Below, one piece after another: positions 55,861-64,000 of a stretch of 64,000 nucleotides of DNA. The stretch's first letter is position 1, and each line of letters opens with the position of its first letter. The stretch spans positions 448,001-512,000 of the forward strand of contig CAWGED010000019.1 in assembly GCA_963821525.1 (NCBI GenBank). Direction: 5' to 3'. The notes beneath the pieces were generated by a model that was given only the letters and a program-made list of their open reading frames with translations, made no database searches and was not told where the DNA came from. Made by a program: the position numbers and the translations under genes. The DNA comes from an uncultured Gemmatimonadales bacterium (GTDB lineage: Bacteria > Gemmatimonadota > Gemmatimonadetes > Gemmatimonadales > GWC2-71-9).

Positions 55861-56844
55861 ATGGATTGGAACAACCTGGCCGATCGCGTCCTCTCCGGAG
55901 CGGAGCCGGAACGGACGGATGCGCTCGGCGTTCTCGAATCCGGCGACGACGAGCTGCTCGGCGTCCTTCACGCCTCGTTCCGGATCCGGCAGCGCTATCA
56001 CGGGCGGGACGTTCGGATCCACGTCCTGCAGAACGCCAAGAGTGGATTGTGCCCGGAAGACTGCGCCTTCTGCAGCCAGTCGGCGCGCTTTCACACTGGG
56101 GTAGATCGCTATCAGGTACTCTCGGTCGATGAGCTGTACGAGGGAGCCGTGCAGGCCGCGGCCCTCGGCGCGGTGAAGTATTGCATGGTGACGAGTACGA
56201 GAGGTCCGTCCCAGCGGGAGCTGGATGTGATTTGTACGGCCGTTCGGCGAATCAAGGCCGACATCAACATCAACGTGTGTACTTCCCTCGGACTGCTGTC
56301 GGAGGGTCAGGCCGAGCAGCTCGCGGCGGCGGGGGTGACGCGGTTCAATCACAACCTGGAGAGTTCTCGAGACCATTTCCCCGAGGTTTGCTCGACCCAT
56401 AGCTACGATGACCGGATTCGCACGGTGCGCGCCGCGAAGGCGGCAGGGATGGAAGCGTGCTGCGGCGGCATCATGGGAATGGGTGAGACCTTCGAGGACC
56501 GGGTTGCGCTCGCCTTCGAGGTGCGGGAGCTCGAAGTGGAATCCATTCCGGTCAACTTCCTCGATCCCCGACCCGGCACTCCGATGGCCGACCAGTCCCG
56601 CCTTTCGCCGGCCGATTGTCTCCGCGCCCTCGCGATGTTTCGCTTCGTGAACCCATCGAGAGATATTCGAATCGCCGGAGGCCGGGAAACCAATCTCCGG
56701 CAGCTCCAGGCGCTGGCACTCTATCCCGCGAATTCGCTCTTCTGCAATGGGTATCTCACGACTCCCGGCCAGGGAGCTGAGGCAGACATCCGGATGATCA
56801 CCGACGCCGGATTCCGGGTGGCCGAGCTGGTCCCCGCCATTTAG
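55861..56844 (+). CDS. bioB: Biotin synthase
   Basis: CPEDCAFCSQS radical SAM motif, NHNLE, CCGGIMG, SIPVN, IRIAGGR, GYLTT. Confidence 0.96.
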   Translation: MDWNNLADRVLSGAEPERTDALGVLESGDDELLGVLHASFRIRQRYHGRDVRIHVLQNAKSGLCPEDCAFCSQSARFHTGVDRYQVLSVDELYEGAVQAAALGAVKYCMVTSTRGPSQRELDVICTAVRRIKADININVCTSLGLLSEGQAEQLAAAGVTRFNHNLESSRDHFPEVCSTHSYDDRIRTVRAAKAAGMEACCGGIMGMGETFEDRVALAFEVRELEVESIPVNFLDPRPGTPMADQSRLSPADCLRALAMFRFVNPSRDIRIAGGRETNLRQLQALALYPANSLFCNGYLTTPGQGAEADIRMITDAGFRVAELVPAI

Positions 56845-56876
56845 GAATGTCGGGCCCAGGCGCGGCCCGCTTTCGT

Positions 56877-58242
56877 ATGGATCTCCCCAATAAGGAACGG
56901 CTCGAGGCGTGGGACGATGCTCATCTCTGGCATCCCTTCACGCCGCATTCGGTTTATCGCGAGGAAGACCCGCTGCTCGTGGTCGCCGGTGAAGGCCACT
57001 ACCTGATCGACAGCGATGGGCGAAGGTACCTGGATGGAGTCGGGTCTCTCTGGTGCAACCTGTTCGGCCACCGAAGACCCGAAATAGACGCCGCGGTACA
57101 CTCCCAGCTCGATCGCATTGCTCATGCGACGCTGCTGGGGCATGCGAGCGCGCCGGCGGTGCAACTCGCGAAGCGGCTGGCCGATCTGGCGCCGGCGGGT
57201 CTCACCCGAGTGTTCTTCTCCGACGACGGCTCCACCGCGGTCGAAGTGGCGCTCAAGATGGCGCTGCAGTTCTGGCAACAGACCGACGGTGGCCGGCAAT
57301 CCCAGCGTCGCAGCTTCGTGACTCTGGGACTCGCCTACCACGGAGACACGGTGGGATCGGTCTCGCTCGGTGGAATCGATCTCTTCCACGAGCGGTACCG
57401 GCCGCTGCTTGTTCCAGACCGTTCGCGCGCCGTCCCCCTACTGCTACCGCTGCCCGCTGCAGCTCGAGCGTGCGACGTGCGGGCTCGCCTGCATCGAAGA
57501 GCTGGAGCGCATCGTGTTGGCCGAGGGAGATCGGTGCGCCGCGGTGGTAATCGAGTCGGGAATGCAGGGCGCGGCCGGTATGGTAGTGCAGCCGGAAGGT
57601 TTTCTGCGGCGGGCTCGGGCGGTGGCGGATCGGGTGGGAGCGTTGCTGGTGCTGGATGAGGTCGCTACCGGCTTCGGACGGTCGGGTCACATGTTCGCGT
57701 GCCAGACCGATGGTGTCACTCCGGATCTGCTCTGCCTCGGCAAGGGACTTACCGGCGGTTATCTCCCGATGGCCGCGACTCTGACGACCGAGCGAATCTT
57801 CGAGGCGTTCAAGGGGCCACCAGCGGAAGGCCGCACTTTCTTTCACGGGCACACTTACACCGGCAATGCGCTCGCGAGTGCGGCGGCCCTAGCGACACTG
57901 GACATTTTCGAGCAAGATCACGTCCTGGAGCGGCTTCCAGCCAGGATCGAACGACTTGGGAATGAATTGAAGCGGCTGCGGGACCTGCCCGCAGTCGGAG
58001 ACGTGCGGCAGTTCGGTCTGGCTGCCGGTGTCGAGCTGGTGGCCGATAGGAAGACGCGAATGCCTTATCCGGCGGCCGAGCGACGGGGGATGCGGGTCTG
58101 CCGGGCCGCCCGCACTCGTGGGGTTTTTCTTCGCCCGTTGGGCGACGTGATCGTGCTGATGCCGCCGCTTTCAATCACTGAACCGGAAATCACTCAACTC
58201 GTCGATGCCATCGAGTTTGGCATCCGGGAGATCTGTCCATGA
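56877..58242 (+). CDS. bioA: DAPA aminotransferase; frameshift ~57410
   Basis: HLWHPFT, DGSTAVEVALKMA, AYHGDT, DEVATGFGR, GKGLTGGY, FFHGHTYTGN, LRPLG. Confidence 0.94.
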
Positions 58243-58981
58243 CCCCACCGCCCTCACCGAAGAAGGCGACCAAGCCGCGGACCTCGAAGCGTGCGGCCGA
58301 GCCGAACGTTACCGCGCCGCGGCTTCCGGTCACCCTCGTGGTGGGCACCGACACGGCGGTGGGCAAGACGTGGATCACCTGTGCCCTGGCCAAGGCACTA
58401 ATGGCGGCGGGGCAGCACGTCATCGCCGTGAAACCGTTCGAGACCGGTGTCCCTTCCGGAGTTCCTGAGGACGGAGAGCTGCTGGCCCAGGCAACGGGAC
58501 AGGCCGAGCCACGTCAAGCGTTGGTGAGACTGAAATCTCCGCTCGCGGTGGCGGTCGCGGCGGATCAGGAGGGGGTGACAATCGACTACGAAGCCGTCCT
58601 CAGCAAGGTTCGGGAGTACGCACGGCCCGACGTGTTTCTACTGGTGGAGGGCGTAGGCGGGTTGCTGGCGCCGGTAACCTGGAGCGACAACGCGCTCGAC
58701 ATGGCGCACAGCCTCAACGCGCGCGTGCTGGTCGTCTCCAGCGACGGCTGGGCACCATCAATCACACCCTGCTCACGCTGCGGGTGCTCAAGGCCGAGAA
58801 GTTGCCGATCCTGGGCGTGGTGCTGAACCAGCCGGCCGAGCCGGACGAGAGTTCTCCCTCCAATGCGGGCGCCATTTCACGGCTTGCCAATACGGATTCC
58901 GTGGTCCGGGTGCCGCACATGGACGATCCGGATCTCGCCACGGAGGCGGTGAAGGAGGTGGCGGGGTGGCTGCTGCCGTAG
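58239..58981 (+). CDS. bioD: Dethiobiotin synthetase; frameshift ~58750
   Basis: GTDTAVGKT, KPFETG, VEGVGG; after the frameshift LGTINHTLL and GVVLN. Confidence 0.92.
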
Positions 58982-59249
58982 GTGCACTGGCTGGGATGGG
59001 GGTTGGTACAGAGGCAACTCAAGTAAGAGTTATGCGGATGCTCAGGCCTTATGCGCGTCGGCTGCTATGGACTCCTATAAGTACACATCCAATAGTGGAC
59101 GAACTGGCGAGGCCCCTTTGGCAGGCTTCGCCATCCGCGGTCTTGAACTGGTTGTCAACTTGATCACCGAGAAGAGAAGCAGAGGTGCTTGAGAAACAAG
59201 GTTGGCAAGCACGAGATGGGCAGATTCCTACGCGGCGCATGAACACCCA

Positions 59250-59271
59250 GGCCACCTTCGGGTGGTCTTTT
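59250..59271 (+). terminator. Intrinsic terminator
   Basis: GGCCACC-TTCG-GGTGGTC-TTTT (cUUCGg tetraloop + U tract). Confidence 0.7.
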
Positions 59272-59570
59272 CAGGACTGCGTATCGCGAAGGATCTAGAT
59301 CTACGTCGACATCTTGACGCTCTTTGAGACTCTTGGTAGATGGCCTTCAGATGCACCCAAGGGTCTCTTAATGCCGGAGAACAAAGAGAACGGCGAGCCG
59401 TCGATTTGTCGGCTTCCGGGCGCTGGTTACTACCTTGCTCCAACCCATATACGCAATGATTCGAGCCCTCGACGACGGGGGACCGGGGAAGGCAACGAGG
59501 TGTGCCGGCGGACCCGGGATAGTCAGGGAAGAATTTCTCGTGATCAACTGAAGAACGCGACAGAGGCGTT

Positions 59571-62500
59571 ATGGCGCAGGCGAGTCGAGGACGCGACACC
59601 GGCCGAGGCGATGAGGGACCCGAAGTCCGGAAGATCCAAGAACTCCTCCAGACGGTCGGCATGAAGGTCACGGTGGATGGTTTGTTCGGAGCCACCACCG
59701 AAGAATCGGTACGACGCTTTCAGGAACAGCGCGGGCTGGAGACGACTGGCCGCGTAGATGCGTCTACATTGGACGCGTTGGTTGCCCGGGCCAAGTCTCC
59801 CGACCAACCGGATCGCAAAGAAGCAAATCCCGCCAAGCAAGACATTCCGAATGCCGTCAAGCAGTCCAAGGCCGAATCTGCGCCTCGCACCAGCAGATCG
59901 GAACGGCTGTTCGATCCCGTCGCCTTCTTCCGCCGCCTGAGCCCGTCCTCCCGCAGCGCGCTTGGCGTGGCCGACGGATGAAGAGCGGACCCAGTGACCG
60001 GGTCCATATGGAACAGCTCATCATGGGGCTGTTTCTGAAACAGGATGGCCCAGCCGAAAAGCTGTTCAAGGAGGCCGGGATCAATAACGAGGACGAGCTC
60101 CGGGCGGTGTTGGGGGAGTCGGTAGAGGTCTCGCTGCCCCGGCAGGGCAGCTATACGCCCACCGAGCTCACCGAGCTGCCTACCCTGTCCGCGCACGCCC
60201 AGATCGCGATCGAGGCGGCGCAAGGGATCGCGGATGAGAAGAAGTCGGCGCAGGTCCAGAGCCGGCACCTGCTCTACGGCGCTCTCTCCCTCGAGTACTG
60301 CCATGTCATCAAGGCGCTGCTCGACCGGGGGATTCGGAAGGACGAGATCGAGCTCAGCGACCGGACGATCCCCGAGGTGGACGAGGACGTGATCGCCGGC
60401 TGCAGCAATGACGTGGCCGGCGGAAAGGACCTGCTCAGCATCGACGACGAGGTCGACGCGTTGAGCGCGCTGGTCGCGGCGCGGGATGTCAAGCCGCCAC
60501 TCTCGATCGGACTGTTTGGCGACTGGGGCAGCGGGAAGAGCTTCTTCATGCAGGAGATGGAAAAACGGATCAATGCCCTGCGTGACGAGGCCCGCGCCAA
60601 CGATAGCTCGCCGTTCTGTCCTCACATCGTGCAGCTCTGGTTCAATGCCTGGCACTACATCGACAAGAGTCTCTGGGCGACCCTCGGGGCGCAAATCTTT
60701 GATGGCCTGGCCCAGAGCCTGACCGACGAGCAAGTCCGGAAGCGCGGCATTTCGGAAACTCAGGAGCAGCGTACCCTGCTACTGGCTCAAAAGACCGCCG
60801 CCGAGAACAAGCTGGCCGAAGCCAGGCAGGCGGCCGACGCGGCGGAGGGTAAGCTGGTCGAGCGGCAACGCGTGGTCGATGAAACCCAGAACCGCACCGA
60901 TGCCGCGATCGAAAAGAGCCTCGGCACAAAGGCGGTCGCGAGTGAGATCGTCAGGTTCGTCACCAGCCAGCCCGGGATCAAGGAACAACTCGACCAAGGG
61001 CGAAAGCAACTCGGCCTGGACCCGCTCAGTGCGGCGGCCGGGAACCTGGACGATCAGATCAAGGAAACGCTGGAGCTCGCTTCCTTCAGCAAGAACGTCA
61101 TCAGCTCGCTCACCGGCAAAGGCAGCGCCAGGTTCTGGGTCATTTCGGTCATTGTGGTATTGGTCGGATTGGTTGCCGGCGGCTGGATCGTCGCGAAGCT
61201 CCTCCCAGTCGGCAGGTACATCTCCGCGGCTACCACCGCGCTCGTCGCGTTCAGTGCCTGGGTCCGCCCCGTGCTCGCGAAAGCCAAATCCGCGGCCAAG
61301 GTTGTCGCCGATGCCCGCGAGAGCCTGAAGACCAAGATCGACGCGGCTCGGCAGCAGCGCGTGGCCGAGGCGGAGCAGGAGCGACAGGAAGCGGAAAACC
61401 AGGCGGTGGCGAAACGAAAGGAGGTCGAAGCCGTAACGAACGAGGTGGCCGACCTGAACGAAAAGCTTGACAAGCTGATGCCAGACCGGCGACTCAGCGA
61501 CTTCATCCAGAGCCGGAACAAAGGCGACGAATACAGGAAGTACTTCGGGGTGATTGCCCGGGCCCGGCAGGACTTCGAGGAACTGACCCGGCTCATGGGA
61601 CTGGTCGAGAAACACCGGCCGGACGAGGCCAAGGGCGAGCGGGCGATGAACTTCCCCCCGATCAACCGCATCGTGCTGTACATCGACGACCTGGACCGCT
61701 GCCCGGAGAGGAAGGTCTTCCAGGTCCTCCAGGCCGTGCACCTGCTGCTGGCGTTTCCGCTATTCGTGGTGGTTGTCGGGGTGGATTCTCGCTGGCTGCT
61801 GCACTCGCTTCGGCAGCAACTCGCCGCCTTCGACAGCATGAAGGACGAAGAGGCGACCGAGGAGGAGCGCAACCACTGGCAATCGACGCCGCTCAGCTAT
61901 CTGGAGAAGATCTTCCAGATCCCCTTTGCGCTGCGACGGATGGAGCGGAAGGGCTACGACAACCTGATCGACGACCTCTCAAAGGCGGTAACTCAGCCGC
62001 CTGTCCCCGGGGAGACGTCTTCATTGCCTCCCCCGGCCCATGATGGGCAGAAGGGGACGGTGAGTACCACAGAAACCGCGACCGGTACCGGGGAGACGCC
62101 GAAGCGCACGGACCAGGAGGCTTCTGGAGAGAAGAAGCCGATGCCGACGACAACCGAAGAAAAGGAAACCAAGCAGGCCGTCGCCGCCAAAGCGCGAGGA
62201 CACCTGCGCCTGGAGGACTGGGAGCGGCAGCACATGAAACGGCTGTACGCCCTGCTCCCTTCCCCGCGCGCGACCAAGCGGTACGTGAACGTGTATCGCC
62301 TGCTCCGAGCGACTGTGCGGGGGGCCGATCGCGACCGGCTGATCAATCCCAACCTGGTGGATCACCGACAGGTGTTGCTACTGCTGGCCATGCTGACCGG
62401 CTATCCGGCGCAGACGACCGAGATCATCCGGCAGTGGTGGAGGGGTTGGAGCCTTCTGCCGCCACGAAACTTGATTGGTGGAAGTTCATTGACAGCATCG

Positions 62501-62781
62501 AGAAGCAAGTCTTTCCGACGACGGAGCCGGCGCTAGCCCACCCGCCCGGCGCCCGCCGGTCGACCAAGGTGTTCCGCATCGACCGGCCCCCGATTTCCCA
62601 CGAGCTGGAAGAGGACACGGAGGAGGGGGACCGGGCCCAGTGGCGGGCCCTGTTCGAGGATCTCCGGGTCCTCAGGATCGAGCTCGAGGATGCGTTCACC
62701 TGCGCCGAGATGCAGCGCTGGGCTCCGGCGGTGGCGCGGTATTCGTTTGCGTCGGGGCGGCTGTTCTTGAACAACGCGTGA
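59571..62781 (+). CDS. KAP-family P-loop NTPase with N-terminal peptidoglycan-binding and double Clp-N-like domains, 2 TM helices and coiled coils; frameshifts ~59980 and ~62435
   Basis: GDEGPEVRKIQ..VDGLFG..T..VRRFQ..GL..TG.VD (PG_binding_1); GLFGDWGSGKSFFM, WFNAWHY, IDDLDRC, YLEKIFQIPF, PRATKRYVN (KAP). Confidence 0.85.
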
Positions 62782-62980
62782 TGAACCTCGGCGGGACGCA
62801 ATGCGGCGCATCGACCAAAGGATTCATGCGGATCTGAATTTTTCTGTACCCTGGTTCGTTGGCCCTGCGAAACAGAGCTCCAAGAAACCGGCAGGCCGAT
62901 AGGAGGGGCAACGTGCCAAGCTCGATTCGTTCGGCCAGCTTACATGGAACGTAGAGTTGTGGACGTGGACTCCCATTCTT

Positions 62981-63012
62981 GTCGCCCGCAGGTGAAGCGC
63001 GGGCCGTTAGGC
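62981..63012 (+). repeat. Right half of an attC site (left arm not recognisable)
   Basis: 30-bp GTCGCCCGCAGGTGAAGCGCGGGCCGTTAG identical to 63486-63515, ending in GTTAGGC (R'). Confidence 0.75.
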
Positions 63013-63041
63013 TGTCTGACCCCCGCAACTGAGGAGGCCTC

Positions 63042-63419
63042 TTGGAGCCCTATGACGCCTCGATGGCCCCGCCCCCGTGGCGCGTCGCCCGCCATATGGC
63101 TCTACGGGCCTGGGCCTTACTCCCCCTTTTGGTTGGCACACTGGCTAGCGGGATGGCCATCTACCACTGGGTTGAGCGGTTGCCCTGGGCCGACTCGTTC
63201 TTGAACGCTGCGATGTTGCTGGGGGTATGGGTCCCGTCGACCGCCTCCACACGACGGCAGGCAAATGGCTCGCTGGTAGTTATGCCCTCTTTGCCGGCCT
63301 CGTGTTCATCGTCCTTGCTGGCGTCATGCTTGGACCGGTGATTCATGCTGTGTTACATCGCTTCCATCTCGAGGGCAAACGCAGAGCCCTCAATCAGGAT
63401 GATTGTACCAGCAGCCTAA
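63042..63419 (+). CDS. Integron cassette ORF: small two-TM membrane protein (channel-pore-like); frameshifted, end approximate
   Basis: SD GAGGAGG before TTG; ...GMAIYHWVERLPWADSFLNAAMLL(GG)MGPVD...YALFAGLVFI...PVIHAVLHRFH. Confidence 0.7.
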
Positions 63420-63517
63420 CCAGCGCTTGCACCTGTCGGGCGCGGTACTTTAAAGGAAGCCATCCGGTTGTGAACTCGTACACTCGTCGCCCGCAGGTGA
63501 AGCGCGGGCCGTTAGTA
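63414..63517 (+). repeat. Complete attC site (104 bp)
   Basis: R'' GCCTAAC; arms GCGCTT(G)CACCTG(T)CGGGCG / CGCCCGCAGGTGAAGCGC with two extrahelical bases; R' GTTAGTA. Confidence 0.85.
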
Positions 63518-63532
63518 CAGCCGCAGGCGTTC

Positions 63533-63975
63533 ATGCCACACCTGAGCTATACAGCAACCGATTGGGACGCCGAGTTCAGGGCGGTCTTCGCGCAGCGAAG
63601 CGCTCCGCCACCCTGTCCTGCCTGTCACCGGACAGGCTTCTTTGGACCGAGGCAAGCTCATGATCGCGTGTATCGCCTCTGCAAGTTCTGCGGAGCTACC
63701 AGGCTCCAGGCAGCGATCCAGTTCAGTGTTTCGCAACCGTGCATAACTGCTCGGACCGGCCAAGGTTGCTGGGGCTTCCCACATCTGGTGGGTCCAGCCT
63801 AATGAGTCCAGATATGATTGTCCCTACTGCGGTGGCGACGTTCAGGTCCGGAGACCATCACCAAACGACCCATTGAGGACCCGTCACACCCGTGGTGGCA
63901 GGTTCCGCAAAACCTGAGCTTTGACGAAGCTGCTACTTTCTGGCGCCAGCATGGCCAGCGACGATCGACCTCTAA
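63533..63975 (+). CDS. Integron cassette ORF: Cys-rich zinc-ribbon-type hypothetical protein; several frameshifts
   Basis: Starts 21 nt after the attC crossover; CPAC, CKFC and CPYC motifs when frames are joined; likely TAA at 63973-63975. Confidence 0.55.
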
Positions 63976-64000
63976 GTTGGCGGGGTGGCTGCTGCCGTAG

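Larger units (their letters stand above)
58959..64000. mobile_element. ~5 kb accessory block bounded by a >=23-bp direct repeat of the bioD 3' end
   Basis: TGGCGGGGTGGCTGCTGCCGTAG at 58959-58981 and 63978-64000; the second copy is cut by the window edge. Confidence 0.65.

Noticed and set aside
63741..63747. GCATAAC as the R'' partner of GTTATGC at 59029
   Set aside because: Lies inside the inferred cassette ORF with no attC arm following; probably chance

Overview
High-GC bacterial chromosome segment. Gene content and order suggest Gemmatimonadota; this is inference, with no search run. About 59 kb is housekeeping: typA (5' end), CDF transporter, hisD/hisZ/hisG, pdxA-surA-ppiC-mfd, BatA/DUF58, M28 peptidase, lepA, a waaF-ROK-PfkB-HATPase-STAS-transsulfuration operon, ftsEX-envC, a diguanylate cyclase, nfo, pckG, HD/PP2C/FHA genes, an ABC exporter, uvrA, DAHP synthase, fpg, tRNA-Asn, holB-moaC, two lytic transglycosylases, ilvE, tRNA-Lys and bioBAD. 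Many genes carry single-base frameshifts that look like long-read consensus errors. Notable non-routine structure: (1) a ~5 kb accessory block after bioD, bounded by a >=23-bp direct repeat of the bioD 3' end, carrying a peptidoglycan-binding/Clp-N/KAP NTPase fusion and integron-type gene cassettes with attC sites but no integrase; (2) nine inverted-repeat elements built from 7-9-bp tandem units of differing sequence, one enclosing a four-helix-bundle (bAvd/23S-IVP-like) gene, one enclosing a REP-like palindrome and one inserted in-frame in an ABC ATPase; (3) a recurring TANNNT box 5-7 nt before start codons, suggesting widespread leaderless mRNAs; (4) a putative partner-switching kinase/STAS-wHTH pair embedded in a sugar-kinase operon.
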